Positions 1 through 10,287 are shown, counted from the stretch's first letter. The stretch is DNA of 64,000 bases from an uncultured Rhodovulum sp. (GCA_964514775.1 CAZESN010000001.1:5224-69223), one strand, 5' to 3'. The notes: a model not told the origin generated them from the sequence alone. Program-made: numbers and translations.

Positions 1-1423
1 TCGCCTGGTCCAGACGCTCGAGCCCGAGGTTCAGCACCTCACGCGCGCTCTCCGAGAAGGGTTCGCGCTTCACCCGCCGGGCAATCTGGTAGAGAGACTC
101 CGTCAGCGCCGAGGTGAAGTCAACCTCCTCGATCAGCGAGGCGACGAGGTCGAGCTGCTCGCGCGACAGCCCGTCCTGGAAGAGCTGCGCGGAATAGGAC
201 CGGATCTCGCGGCCGAGGAGGTCGGTCGCGGCATGGTGCTCGACCGCGTCCTTGGGCGCGTCCGGCTTGTCCCGGGCGATGTCGAGGAAGACCGCACCGG
301 CCTGGAGCTGGCGGTTCGCTTCCTGGCTCACCGCCGGCAGGGCGGCGTTGAAATCGGCGATCAGCTTGCGGTCGAGGTAGCGCGGGATCGAGTAGTCCTC
401 GACGTCCTCGTCGCTGGTATGGCCGACGCGCGACAGCACGCGCTCGAACACGTTCACGAAGGGGAAGAGGATGATCACGTTGAAGATGTTGAAGAAGATC
501 GAGAAGAAGCCGATGGCGATCGGAACGCCGGGGAAGGTTTCCTGACCGCCGACCATGACCGGCGCGCCGGGATCGATGCCCCAGATCCCGAGGAGCAGTT
601 TCATCGCCCAGAGGACGGGGAAGAAGAGCGCCAGCACCACGGTGACGCCGATGAAGTTGAAGGCGATATGGGCATAGGCGGCGCGCTTGGCGTTCTTGGA
701 GAGGTTGAGCGAGGCCATCCACGAGGTGATGGTGGTGCCGAGGTCGGCGCCGACGGCGAAGGCGATGGCGGTTTCCCAGGACAGGATGCCCGAGGCGCCG
801 AGGCCCATCACGATGCCGATCGTGGCCGAGGAGGAGTGGATGAGCGCGGTGACCAGGGCTGCGATGAGGACGCAGGAGATGACCCCGATGAAGCTGCCGG
901 CATCGAGGGTCTGGATGATCTCCAGAACCTCGGGCATCCCGCGCAGCGGCTTCAGGCCGCCGGTCATCAGGTTGAGGCCGTAGAAGATCAGCGCGAAGCC
1001 CATCGCGGCGAGCGAGATGTTGCGCACCCGGTCGGACTTCGCGAAGCAGTAGATCGTCGCGAAGATGCCGCCGAAGAGCAGGCCCAGCGGCCCGAGCGGC
1101 AGGGCGATGAGGCCGTTGCCGAGCGTCGTGCCGATGTTGGCGCCCATGATGACCGAGATGGCCGAGCGCAGCCCGAGCACGCCCGCGTTCACGAGGCCCA
1201 CCGTCATGACCGTCATCGCGGTCGAGGACTGGATGACGCCGGTGATGATGGTACCGGCCATCACCCCCTTGATCGGCGTGCCGGCCGCGCGGGCCAGCCA
1301 TTCGCGCATCTTGTTGACCGAGAGCGCCTGGATCCCGCTCGCCATGAACTCGAGGCCGAGCAGGAAGATGCCCAGGCCTCCGATCACCGGAACGATGATT
1401 TCCTTGAAAATATCGATTTCCAC
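1..1423 (-). CDS. Na/Pi cotransporter family protein (NptA/YjbB-like); 3' end runs off the window
   Basis: Absent from the ORF track. My translation from GTG at 1423 gives MEIDIFKEIIVPVIGGLGIFLLGLEFMASG...ITGVIQSSTAMTVMTVGLVNAG...GANIGTT, with a second repeat IHSSSATIG...GADLGTT. These are the duplicated QSS/GANxGTT signatures. Confidence 0.9.
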   Translation of the reverse strand, partial: MEIDIFKEIIVPVIGGLGIFLLGLEFMASGIQALSVNKMREWLARAAGTPIKGVMAGTIITGVIQSSTAMTVMTVGLVNAGVLGLRSAISVIMGANIGTTLGNGLIALPLGPLGLLFGGIFATIYCFAKSDRVRNISLAAMGFALIFYGLNLMTGGLKPLRGMPEVLEIIQTLDAGSFIGVISCVLIAALVTALIHSSSATIGIVMGLGASGILSWETAIAFAVGADLGTTITSWMASLNLSKNAKRAAYAHIAFNFIGVTVVLALFFPVLWAMKLLLGIWGIDPGAPVMVGGQETFPGVPIAIGFFSIFFNIFNVIILFPFVNVFERVLSRVGHTSDEDVEDYSIPRYLDRKLIADFNAALPAVSQEANRQLQAGAVFLDIARDKPDAPKDAVEHHAATDLLGREIRSYSAQLFQDGLSREQLDLVASLIEEVDFTSALTESLYQIARRVKREPFSESAREVLNLGLERLDQA

Positions 1424-1456
1424 CTTGTCACCTCGATAGGGGCGCGATGCGCGTCC

Positions 1457-2572
1457 TCAGGATTGTTTGTTAAGGATTGCGGCCCACATCGCCTCGATCT
1501 CGGCGACGACCTCGGCCGGCAGCGGCACGTAGCCGAGCGCTTCGGCCTGGCGCGACGCCTCGGCGAAGAAGAAGCGGAAGAAGCCGAGCGCGCGGTCGGC
1601 CTGACGGTCGTCGGCGCGCATCACGACATAGACGAGGGCGGTCATCGGCCAGCCTTCGGTGACCGGGGACGAGGCAACGTCCTGTCCCGGCTTCCAATGG
1701 GTGACGGACGTCGCGGCGCGGACCGTCGCCGCACCGGGCACGACCACCTCGCCCGAGGCATTGATCAGGTTGATCACAGTCAGCCCGGCGCGGCGCGCCT
1801 GTCCGACCTCGGAATAGCCGATCGCGCCGGGGATGGCGGCGACAGCCTCGACGATGCCGCCGCTGCCGCGCGCGCCCTCGCCCAACGGCCAGTCGAGCTG
1901 AGCGGCCTGCCCCGCCGCCCAGGTTCCGGACTGCGCCAGATAGCCGGTGAAGACCCAGCTCGTACCCGAGCCGTCGCTGCGGAAGCGTACCGCGATCGCC
2001 TGCTCGGGGAGAGTGACGCCCGGGTTCAGCGCCGCGATGGCCGGGTCCGACCAGTTGGTGATCTCGCCGCGATAGATGGCCGAGAGCGTTGGCGCATCGA
2101 GCGCCAGCTGCGCCTCCCCCAGATCGAGATTGACCACCGGCGCTGCAGCCCCGAGGATCACCGGGAACTGGATAAGCCCCCGCTCCTGGAGATCTTCCTG
2201 CGAGAGAGGTACCTCGGTTGCCGCAAAGTTCACGGTGGGATCGCTCAGCCGGACCAGCCCGCCCATCGAGCCAATGGGATCGTAGTCGAGCGCGGTCGCA
2301 CCCGCCGTCCAGTCGCCGCTCGAGCCCTCCTGGCGGATCGGATCGACGCGATCGGCCGCCAGATAGCCCTGATAGGCGGTGGAGACGTGCTGGAGGAGCG
2401 GATTGACGAAGGTCGACCCGGCTCCCGCCAGCCGTCCTTCGGTGTTGGTGCCGGCCACGAGGAAGATGAGCGAGCCGATTCCGAGGAAGGCAACTGCCGC
2501 CGTCGTGATCCGCCGCCCCAGACTCCATGGCTTTCTGACCACATAGGTTTCGTCCGACGCCGGGGTCAGCAT
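1457..2572 (-). CDS. pstS: phosphate-binding protein PstS-like
   Basis: GAGSTF, IGSMGG, RSDGSGTS and GAIGY motifs; N-terminal hydrophobic segment. Start placed at ATG 2572; the ORF track extends to 2866. Confidence 0.82.
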   Translation of the reverse strand: MLTPASDETYVVRKPWSLGRRITTAAVAFLGIGSLIFLVAGTNTEGRLAGAGSTFVNPLLQHVSTAYQGYLAADRVDPIRQEGSSGDWTAGATALDYDPIGSMGGLVRLSDPTVNFAATEVPLSQEDLQERGLIQFPVILGAAAPVVNLDLGEAQLALDAPTLSAIYRGEITNWSDPAIAALNPGVTLPEQAIAVRFRSDGSGTSWVFTGYLAQSGTWAAGQAAQLDWPLGEGARGSGGIVEAVAAIPGAIGYSEVGQARRAGLTVINLINASGEVVVPGAATVRAATSVTHWKPGQDVASSPVTEGWPMTALVYVVMRADDRQADRALGFFRFFFAEASRQAEALGYVPLPAEVVAEIEAMWAAILNKQS

Positions 2573-3081
2573 GCTGCGAGCTCCGATCTGAAAAGTTAAT
2601 TTTCGGACTCGGCGTAGCCGGGCAGCGAGAACCATTTGTGACCGATATGCGGCATTGCCGAGACGCGGGGACCGCGCGCGGAACTCGCAGAGAAATCGCC
2701 AAGGACATTGGCGGGTTTCTCGGGCCGGCGACAGAAATCGTCCCCGTGGGCGGCCTCGGGGGAGCCCGCGCCGGCGGGAGTGAGTCGGGCGGGTGACGCG
2801 GCACACGGACACCCGGTCTGTCTGATCGGCTCGCGGCACCGAGGCGCACCGCGCCACGGCGGCCACGCGAAAGTTTGTTTATTATCAATAATATAACTTC
2901 TGGCGGCGCTTGGGCGTGCCCGTGTCCGCGCACTCGGGCAATCACTCGGGGCCGGCATGAAACCTGACCCGGACCGGCGCGCGCACCGACCGTCATCCAT
3001 TTGATGTCTTGGCGCCCTATAGGGGTGCCCCGTCGAGCGCCGCGGCAGGCGCCCGAAAGACCACCGCCTTCGGAGCAGTCG

Positions 3082-4047
3082 ATGACCGTCGTTTCCGCCT
3101 ATCGCTACAGCGACGGCCATTGCGTCACCGAAGTCACCCTCGACACACCGCCGCCGGAGCCGGGCAGCGAGGATTTCGTCTGGATCGGCCTCTTCGAGCC
3201 GACGGAGGAGGAGCTGCTGGCCTTGCATGTCAGTTACGGGCTGCATCCGCTGGCGGTCGAGGACGCGCTCAAGGCGCACGAGCAGCCGAAGGTCGAGATC
3301 TTCGGCGAACAGCTTTTCGTCATCGCCCGCACGGCGCAGCGGCAGGGCGACCGGATCGCATATGGCGAGACCGCGATCTTCGTCGGGCGCAACCACATCA
3401 TCACCGTGCGCCACGGCTCGGCCCGCGCCCACACGGCCCTCCGCGCCCAGCTCGAAGCCGCCCCGGCGCTGATGCGGCACGGGGTGGATTATGTGCTGCA
3501 CGCGATCCTCGACTTCATCGTCGACGGCTACCAGCCGATCATCGAGGACATCGAGGAAGAGGTGCTGCTGATGGAGAAGCGCACCATCGACGCCTCGCTG
3601 ACGCGCGACGAGATCATCCGGCTCTTCTCGCTGCGGCGGCAGATGATCCGGTTCCAGCGTGCGCTCGGTCCGATGGCCGAGGTGGTGAGCCGGCTCACCC
3701 ATCTCGACTTGCCCGGCCTCGACCCGCAGGTCAGCCCCTATTTCCGCGACGTGCTCGACCACCTGCGCCGCACCCAGAGCATGGTCGAGAACCTGCGCGA
3801 GATCCTGACCTCGGTCTTCGAGGTCAGCAATCTCCTCGAGCAGCAGCGCCAGGTCGTCATCACCCGCCAGCTCGCTGCCTGGGCCGCGATCCTGGCGATG
3901 CCGACCGCGATCGCTGGCATCTACGGCATGAACTTCACCAACATGCCCGAGCTCGATACCCGCTACGGGTACTATGTGGTGCTGGTCCTGATCCTCGCGG
4001 TCTGCGGCGGGCTCTATCTCCGGTTCAGGCTCGCGAAGTGGCTGTAG
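3082..4047 (+). CDS. corA: CorA-family Mg2+/Co2+ transporter
   Basis: LHPLAVED, GIYGMNF and MPEL motifs, two C-terminal TM helices; GGAG upstream of ATG 3082. Confidence 0.93.
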   Translation: MTVVSAYRYSDGHCVTEVTLDTPPPEPGSEDFVWIGLFEPTEEELLALHVSYGLHPLAVEDALKAHEQPKVEIFGEQLFVIARTAQRQGDRIAYGETAIFVGRNHIITVRHGSARAHTALRAQLEAAPALMRHGVDYVLHAILDFIVDGYQPIIEDIEEEVLLMEKRTIDASLTRDEIIRLFSLRRQMIRFQRALGPMAEVVSRLTHLDLPGLDPQVSPYFRDVLDHLRRTQSMVENLREILTSVFEVSNLLEQQRQVVITRQLAAWAAILAMPTAIAGIYGMNFTNMPELDTRYGYYVVLVLILAVCGGLYLRFRLAKWL

Positions 4048-4050
4048 GCA

Positions 4051-4073
4051 GGGGCGCCTGATCAGGCGGCCCC
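4051..4073 (+). terminator. GC-rich hairpin after corA (possible terminator)
   Basis: GGGGCGCCTGATCAGGCGGCCCC dyad just after the stop; weak U-tract. Confidence 0.45.
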
Positions 4074-4273
4074 GGGTTTCCCCCCCCTCTCCTGCCAAGT
4101 GACACCGCTCCGCATGGGCCGGGTGCCGGCTATATGAAATCCGTCTGGCGGCAGACTGGCGCGACGTATGCCCCGCCCGGAGGGGCGCGGCATATCAGTA
4201 CCGGTGTGAAACCGGCGTCTGCTGCGAACGCGGCCAGCGTCCCGGCCATTCTACAGGAGCATTCAGGGCGGAC

Positions 4274-6343
4274 ATGGCACGACTTGCATTCGATACGGGC
4301 GGCACGTTCACGGATTTCGCCCTGATCGACGACAGGGGGGATCTGCATCTCCACAAGGTACTGAGCACGCCCCTCGATCCGGCCGAGGCTGTCATCCGCG
4401 GCATCGACGACCTGCTGGAACTGCATGGCGAGACGGCGCCGCTTTCGGAGCTGCAGATCCTCGGCGCGACCACCGTGGTCACGAACGCGATCCTCGAGCG
4501 CAAGGGCGTGCCCACCTCCTTCGTGACCACGGCCGGGTTCGAGGACCTGCTGCGCATCCGTACCGAGGGCCGGTACGACCTCTATGATCTCGACATCCGC
4601 TATCCCGCGCCGCTGGTGCCGCGGGCGCGGATCCACGGGGTGCGCGAGCGCATCGCGGCCGACGGGACGGTCATGGCGCCGCTCGACGAGGCCGGGGTGC
4701 GGGAGATCGCGGCCAGGCTGCGGGCGGACGGCACGAAGTCGGTCGCGGTCTGTCTGCTCCACGCCTACAAGTTCCCGCAGCACGAGGCGCGGATCGCCGC
4801 AATCCTCGGCGAGGAACTGCCCGGGGTCGCGGTCTCGATCTCGTCGAACGTCTGCCCGGAGGTGCGCGAGTACGACCGCGCCTCGACCACGGTGGCCAAT
4901 GCCTACACCCAGCCGATCATGGCCGGGCATACCGGCAATCTCGAGGCGGAGTTCGCCCGCCGGGGCGTCGACAACCAGCTCCTGTGGATGACGTCGAGCG
5001 GCGGCGTCGTGCCGGGTACCCGGGCGGCGGAGCTGCCGGTGCGGCTGATCGAATCCGGCCCCGCCGCGGGCGCCGTCGCGGCGGCCGAGTTCGGCCGGCT
5101 GGCCGGGGAGACGAGCCTCCTGTCCTTCGACATGGGCGGCACGACGGCGAAGCTCTGCATCATTCCCGACGGCGAGCCCAAGGTCGGGACCGATCTCGAA
5201 GTCGCCCGCCACCAGCGGTTCCAGCGCGGCTCGGGCTTTCCGCTGAAGATCCAGTCGATCCAGATGATCGAGATCGGCGCGGGCGGGGGCAGCATCGCCG
5301 CGCGCACGCCGCTCGGCCTGCTCGACGTCGGCCCGCGCAGCGCCGGCGCGCTGCCGGGACCGGCCGCCTACGGGCGGGGCGGCACCGAGCCGACGGTGAC
5401 GGATGCCGATATCTTCATGGGCTACATGGGTATCGAGTCGTTCGTCGGCGGCACCTTCAAGGTCAGCCGGGAGCTGGCGGTGGCGGCGGTCGGGCGTCTC
5501 GCCGGCGATCTCGGGATCACGCCCGAGCGGGCGGCCTGGGGCATCCACGACCTGATCAACGACAGCATGAGCAAGGCGGCGGCGATGCATGCCTCCGACC
5601 TGGGGCTCGACCCTCGGCGGCTGCCGATGGTCGCCTTCGGGGGCGCAGGGCCCGTCCATGCCTACGGCGTCGCCAGGAAGCTCGGGGTGAGCAAGGTCGT
5701 CTATCCGACGGGCGCCGGCGTGACCTCGGCGATCGGGCTCCTGATCGCGCCGGTCGCGGTCGATCTGGCGGTTTCCTCGCCGATGTCACTGGCGCGCTGG
5801 GACGGTGCGGCGGTGCGCGCGCTTCTGGACCGGCTGGCGCGGCAGGGGGCGGAGGTGGTGATCTCCGGCGGCGTCGATCCGGCGACCATCGTGAACCGGT
5901 ATACCGTCGACATGCGCCATATCGGCCAGGGACACGAGATCACCGTGACGCTGCCCGACGCCTCGCTGCCCGATGAGGACTTCGTGGCGGAGCTGCGGGC
6001 GGCCTTCCTGCGCGAATACCGCACCCTATACGGGCGGGTGGTCCAGGGGTCGGAGATCGAGGTGATCACCTGGCGGCTGCGCGCTGCCGGCGAGAAGGGC
6101 GCGATCTCCGGGACCGGCGCCGCCGGTGACGGGGCCGGGGCGCTGAAGGGGCGCCGGCCGGCGTATTTCCCCGACGCGGGCGGCTTCGTCGAGACGCCTG
6201 TCTACGACCACTACCGGCTTGCGCCCGGCGAGGTCGTCGAGGGACCGGCCATCATCGAGCAGCGCGAGTCCACCGTGGTTTTCGGGGCCGATGCCCGCGC
6301 CCACAAGGACGCGCGCGGCAATCTCGTCCTGCTGATCGACTGA
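4274..6343 (+). CDS. hydantoinase A/oxoprolinase ATP-binding subunit (HyuA/OplA-like)
   Basis: DTGGTFTD, ESGPAAG, DMGGTT, IGAGGGS, GPRSAGALPGPAAYGRGG and AFGGAGP motifs. Confidence 0.93.
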   Translation: MARLAFDTGGTFTDFALIDDRGDLHLHKVLSTPLDPAEAVIRGIDDLLELHGETAPLSELQILGATTVVTNAILERKGVPTSFVTTAGFEDLLRIRTEGRYDLYDLDIRYPAPLVPRARIHGVRERIAADGTVMAPLDEAGVREIAARLRADGTKSVAVCLLHAYKFPQHEARIAAILGEELPGVAVSISSNVCPEVREYDRASTTVANAYTQPIMAGHTGNLEAEFARRGVDNQLLWMTSSGGVVPGTRAAELPVRLIESGPAAGAVAAAEFGRLAGETSLLSFDMGGTTAKLCIIPDGEPKVGTDLEVARHQRFQRGSGFPLKIQSIQMIEIGAGGGSIAARTPLGLLDVGPRSAGALPGPAAYGRGGTEPTVTDADIFMGYMGIESFVGGTFKVSRELAVAAVGRLAGDLGITPERAAWGIHDLINDSMSKAAAMHASDLGLDPRRLPMVAFGGAGPVHAYGVARKLGVSKVVYPTGAGVTSAIGLLIAPVAVDLAVSSPMSLARWDGAAVRALLDRLARQGAEVVISGGVDPATIVNRYTVDMRHIGQGHEITVTLPDASLPDEDFVAELRAAFLREYRTLYGRVVQGSEIEVITWRLRAAGEKGAISGTGAAGDGAGALKGRRPAYFPDAGGFVETPVYDHYRLAPGEVVEGPAIIEQRESTVVFGADARAHKDARGNLVLLID

Positions 6344-6354
6344 GGAGTCCCGCC

Positions 6355-8016
6355 ATGCTCAAATCGCTGTCCGATTTCGAAGATCCGATCACGCTGCAGG
6401 TGATGTGGAACCGGCTGGTCTTCATCGCCGACCAGGCCGACCACGTGCTGGGGCGCACCGCCTTCTCGCCGATCGTGCGCGAGAACCACGACTATGTGAC
6501 CGTATTGATGGATTCGCGCGGCCGCGCGCTCTCGCAATGCACCTGGTCGATCCCGGTCTTCATCTCGTCGCTGCCGGCGGCCGTGCAGGGGCATTTCCTG
6601 AAGGCCTTCCCGCCGGAGACGCTCGAGCCCGGGGACGTGCTCGCCACCAACGACGCCGACATCGGCACCGGCCATCTGCTCGACGTCACGATGGTCACGC
6701 CGATCTTCAAGAAGGGCAAGGTCGTCGCCTATGCGGGCTCGATCGCGCATATGCCCGACATCGGCGGGCGGCCGCTCTCGCCCGATGCCACCGACATCTT
6801 CGAGGAAGGCATCCGCTTTCCGATCATGAAGATGCACCGGGCCGGCGAGCCGAACCGCGACATGCTCGACATCATCGCCGCCAGCGTCCGCCTGCCGCAC
6901 GAGGTGATGGGCGACCTCGAGAGCATGGTCGCCGCCAATGCGGTCATGGCCCGCGAGCTCGGGCGGTTCCTCGACGACTACGACCTCGACGAGGTCGACA
7001 GCCTCGCGGATGCGATCCATTCGCGCTCGGAGCTGCGGATGCGGCAGGCGATCCGCGACCTCGCCGACGGGACCTACGAGAGCGAGGTGATGCTCGACGG
7101 GTTCGACGACGACGTGCGACTGAAGGTCGCGGTCATCGTCCAGGGCGACACCGTGCACGTGGACTATGCCGGCACATCGGCCCAGGTCCTGCACGGCATC
7201 AACTGCCGGCCGAACTACCGGTTCGCGCATTCGGTCTATGCGATCAAATGCCTGCTCGATCCCGAGACGCCGAACAACGGGGGCTGCATCAACCCGATCA
7301 CCGACAGCGCGCCGCTCGGCTCGATCCTCAACCCGCGGCCTGCCGCGGCGGGCAATTCGCGCAACCTCGTCGGCCATGTGATCCCGAGCGCGATCTTCCG
7401 CGCGCTGCAGGGTGTGCTTCCCGACCGGGTGATCGGCGACAGCGGCGGCGCGCCGATCTGGGCGACCAACTGCATGGGCCAGCACATGGACGGCACCTCC
7501 TACGGGTCGATGCAGTACTATCACGGCGGCCAGGGCGCACGGGCGACCCTCGACGGGCTCGACACGCTGAGCTTTCCGTCGAACTGCAAGGCGACGCCCG
7601 TCGAGATGTTCGAGCTGGCGGTCCCGGTCCTGACCGAATGCAAGGAGCTCATCCGCGACTCGGGCGGCGCGGGCAAGCATCGCGGCGGCCTTGGCCAGCG
7701 GTCGGTGCTGCTCAATCTCTCGCCGCTGCCGATGAACGTCTATGTGTCGTCGGAGCGGGTGAAGTATCCCTGCTTCGGCGTCGTCGGCGGGCATGACGGC
7801 CGCGCGGGGCGGGTCCTGAAGAACGGCGAGCCGCATTTCCCCAAGGGCCGGATCCGGCTCGACGCGGGCGACCGGCTGACGATGGAGAGCCCGGGTGGTG
7901 GCGGCTGGGGCAGGCCCGAGGACCGGGCGCTGGCCGATATCGAGGAAGACCTGCGCGAGGGCTGGGTGAGCGACGAGGCCGCGCGCGCGGCCTATCCGCA
8001 GATGGCGGCGGAATGA
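6355..8016 (+). CDS. hydantoinase B/oxoprolinase subunit (HyuB-like)
   Basis: RTAFSPIVRE, GHLLDVT, HMPDIGG, SGGAGKHRGG and PGGGGWG motifs; 11 nt after subunit A. Confidence 0.93.
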   Translation: MLKSLSDFEDPITLQVMWNRLVFIADQADHVLGRTAFSPIVRENHDYVTVLMDSRGRALSQCTWSIPVFISSLPAAVQGHFLKAFPPETLEPGDVLATNDADIGTGHLLDVTMVTPIFKKGKVVAYAGSIAHMPDIGGRPLSPDATDIFEEGIRFPIMKMHRAGEPNRDMLDIIAASVRLPHEVMGDLESMVAANAVMARELGRFLDDYDLDEVDSLADAIHSRSELRMRQAIRDLADGTYESEVMLDGFDDDVRLKVAVIVQGDTVHVDYAGTSAQVLHGINCRPNYRFAHSVYAIKCLLDPETPNNGGCINPITDSAPLGSILNPRPAAAGNSRNLVGHVIPSAIFRALQGVLPDRVIGDSGGAPIWATNCMGQHMDGTSYGSMQYYHGGQGARATLDGLDTLSFPSNCKATPVEMFELAVPVLTECKELIRDSGGAGKHRGGLGQRSVLLNLSPLPMNVYVSSERVKYPCFGVVGGHDGRAGRVLKNGEPHFPKGRIRLDAGDRLTMESPGGGGWGRPEDRALADIEEDLREGWVSDEAARAAYPQMAAE

Positions 8017-8858
8017 GCGGCGCCGGACACGGCATTCCTGCGGGACGATTGGCGGGCAAGGTCGCCGTCGTGACCGGAGCCGGATCGGGGATCGGCCGCG
8101 CCGCGGCCCGGCTGCTCGCCGGCGAGGGGGCGGCGGTGGTGGTGGTCGGGCGCCGCATCGCACCGCTCGAGGCGCTGGCCGGGGAGATCCGGGCGGAAGG
8201 CGGGCAGGCGCTCGCCCATGCCGCGGACATATCGCGCGCCACGGATGTCGCGGGACTTGTCGCGGCCGCCGAGGCGCGCTTCGGCCCCGTCGGTATTCTG
8301 GTGAACAACGCCGGCCGGGCGAGCGACATCCTCAACGCGCGCTGGATCACCGAAGAGGACTGGGCGGCGACGGTCGAGCTGAACCTGACGGCGGTCTTTC
8401 GTCTGACGCAGGCGGTCCTGCCGGGGATGATCGCGGCGGGCGGCGGCACGATCGTCACGGTCTCGTCCCTGGCCGCGGACCGGCCGAACCTGCTCGGAGG
8501 GCCGGCCTACGGCGCGGCCAAGGCCGGGGTACGGACCTTCATGGGCTATCTCCACACCACCTACCGGAACCAGATGATCCGCGCGACGACGGTGCTGCCG
8601 GGCGAGGTGAATACCCCGATCATGGACCTGCGCGCCCGCCCGCCCCGCCCGGAGGAACGCGCGGTCATGCTCGATCCGTCCGACGTAGCCGAGGCGATCC
8701 TGCTCTGCTGCACCCTGCCGGCGCGCGCGGTGGTCGAGGAGCTGAAGATCGCCCCGACCTATCAGCGCGACATCTCCGAGGACCTTGAGACCGCGCGCTG
8801 GCTCGGAGCGCCGGAGGGCCTGAGCGACGCGCCGCAGTCCAGAGGTGGTAATGGGTGA
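8013..8858 (+). CDS. SDR-family oxidoreductase
   Basis: TGAGSGIG, NNAG and YGAAK motifs; ATGA overlap with the upstream gene. Confidence 0.9.
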   Translation: MSGAGHGIPAGRLAGKVAVVTGAGSGIGRAAARLLAGEGAAVVVVGRRIAPLEALAGEIRAEGGQALAHAADISRATDVAGLVAAAEARFGPVGILVNNAGRASDILNARWITEEDWAATVELNLTAVFRLTQAVLPGMIAAGGGTIVTVSSLAADRPNLLGGPAYGAAKAGVRTFMGYLHTTYRNQMIRATTVLPGEVNTPIMDLRARPPRPEERAVMLDPSDVAEAILLCCTLPARAVVEELKIAPTYQRDISEDLETARWLGAPEGLSDAPQSRGGNG

Positions 8859-8871
8859 TCCTCGGGGGGTG

Positions 8872-8892
8872 GCTATCGGAAATTCATATAGC
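8872..8892. promoter_or_regulatory. LysR-type T-N11-A box with perfect arms
   Basis: GCTAT-cggaaattcat-ATAGC upstream of the Liv-type SBP; related copy at 4129-4149. Confidence 0.5.
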
Positions 8893-9030
8893 GACAGATG
8901 GAACTAGTTAAGCCGGCCCGCCGGCGGCAAGGGGTAGAATTTCCGATCCTCGGACGGCAGCGGCTGATCGCGACCGACCCAGAAACACAAAAATGCCCGC
9001 CGAAACGGCGGCCCAACAGAGAGAGAAAGA

Positions 9031-10245
9031 ATGGAAACACGTAAGTCGGCTTCGAATGGCATGTCTTTGCTTTCATTCGTGGCAAGCGCGTCGCTTCTGG
9101 CCTCTGCCCTCGTGGCGTTCCAGCCAGAGCCGGCTCAGGCCCAGGCCGAGCCCATCCGCGTCGGACTGGTCACCCCGATGGCCGGCGCCAATGCCCGCTT
9201 CGGCGGTTTCGCGCTTCGCGGCATGCAGCTTGCCGTCAAGGAGATCAACGAGGCGGGCGGCGTCAACGGCCAGATGCTGGAGCTGTCCTACGCAGACAGC
9301 CAGTGCGCCCCGGTCGAGGGCGTGTCCGCCACCCGGCGCCTGATCGAGAGCAACGGGGTGAATTTCATCCTGGGCGACGTCTGCTCCTCGGTCACGCTCG
9401 CCATGCAGCCGATCGTGGAAGACTCCGGGGTGCTCCTGCTGAACGCCGCCTCGTCCAACCCGCAGATCACCTATGGCGCGGGCGTCGGCGGGTTCGAGTG
9501 GACCTTCCGCAACTACATCACCGACGAGATCCGGGCGCGCGCCGTCCAGCAGTTCGCCTATGAGGATCGCGGCTATACCAAGTTCGCGGTCCTGTCGGTC
9601 GACAGCGATTTCGGTCGCGGCGCCGTCAACTTCGCCCGCAAGTATCTCACCGAGTTCAATGGCGAGATCCTGAGCGAGGACTACTACAAGGAGGGCGAGG
9701 TCGATTTCCGCTCGGTGCTGACCAAGATCCGCAACTCCGATGCCGAGGCGATCATCATGTATGGCCTCGGGGACACGACCCCGGTGGTCGGCCGGCAGAT
9801 GATCGAGCTCGGGATGGCCGGGAAGATCCCGCTGATCGGCGACGGCGAGTTCAACGCGTCGACGACACTGCGGGCGGCCGGGCCGGCGATGGAAGGGGCG
9901 ATCCAGGCGATCTTCTGGCTTCCGACGCTCGACACGGAGCGGTCTCTGGACTTCGTGGAGCGATACAAGGCGGAATACGGCGGCGAGGAGCCGAACAACC
10001 ACGCGTATTCGCACTGGGAGAGCACCTATCTGCTCGCGGCGGCGATCGAGGATGCCGGCAGTGCGGATCCGGAGGCGGTGCGCGGGGCCATGCAGGAGAT
10101 CACCTATGAGAGCGCCGTCGGCACGGTCAACTTCGACGACCATCACCAGGCGAAGCTGCCGATGGTTCTGCTAGAAATCGTGGATGGCAAGATCGAGGTC
10201 GTGGGCAACGTCCAGGGCGACATCATCTACCCGGATTCGAACTGA
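9031..10245 (+). CDS. Liv-type (HAAT) ABC transporter substrate-binding protein
   Basis: Signal peptide; LAVKEINEAGGVNG motif; first gene of a LivKHMGF-like set. Confidence 0.9.
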   Translation: METRKSASNGMSLLSFVASASLLASALVAFQPEPAQAQAEPIRVGLVTPMAGANARFGGFALRGMQLAVKEINEAGGVNGQMLELSYADSQCAPVEGVSATRRLIESNGVNFILGDVCSSVTLAMQPIVEDSGVLLLNAASSNPQITYGAGVGGFEWTFRNYITDEIRARAVQQFAYEDRGYTKFAVLSVDSDFGRGAVNFARKYLTEFNGEILSEDYYKEGEVDFRSVLTKIRNSDAEAIIMYGLGDTTPVVGRQMIELGMAGKIPLIGDGEFNASTTLRAAGPAMEGAIQAIFWLPTLDTERSLDFVERYKAEYGGEEPNNHAYSHWESTYLLAAAIEDAGSADPEAVRGAMQEITYESAVGTVNFDDHHQAKLPMVLLEIVDGKIEVVGNVQGDIIYPDSN

Positions 10246-10257
10246 CGCGGTTGCAAC

Positions 10258-10287
10258 CCCGGGGCACGACGGTGGTTGTGTCCCGGG
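10258..10287 (+). terminator. intra-operon stem-loop after the SBP gene
   Basis: CCCGGGGCACGAC-GGTG-GTTGTGTCCCGGG. Confidence 0.55.

Noticed and set aside
233-2599. 788-aa plus-strand ORF and many other long alternative-frame ORFs (e.g. 6211..8163, 11229..13040, 34828..36138)
   Set aside because: Antisense or off-frame shadows of motif-bearing genes, expected in high-GC DNA; no family motifs.
2573-3081. Pho box upstream of pstS
   Set aside because: No convincing CTGTCAT direct repeats at 11-bp spacing; only short AT-rich dyads of unknown meaning.
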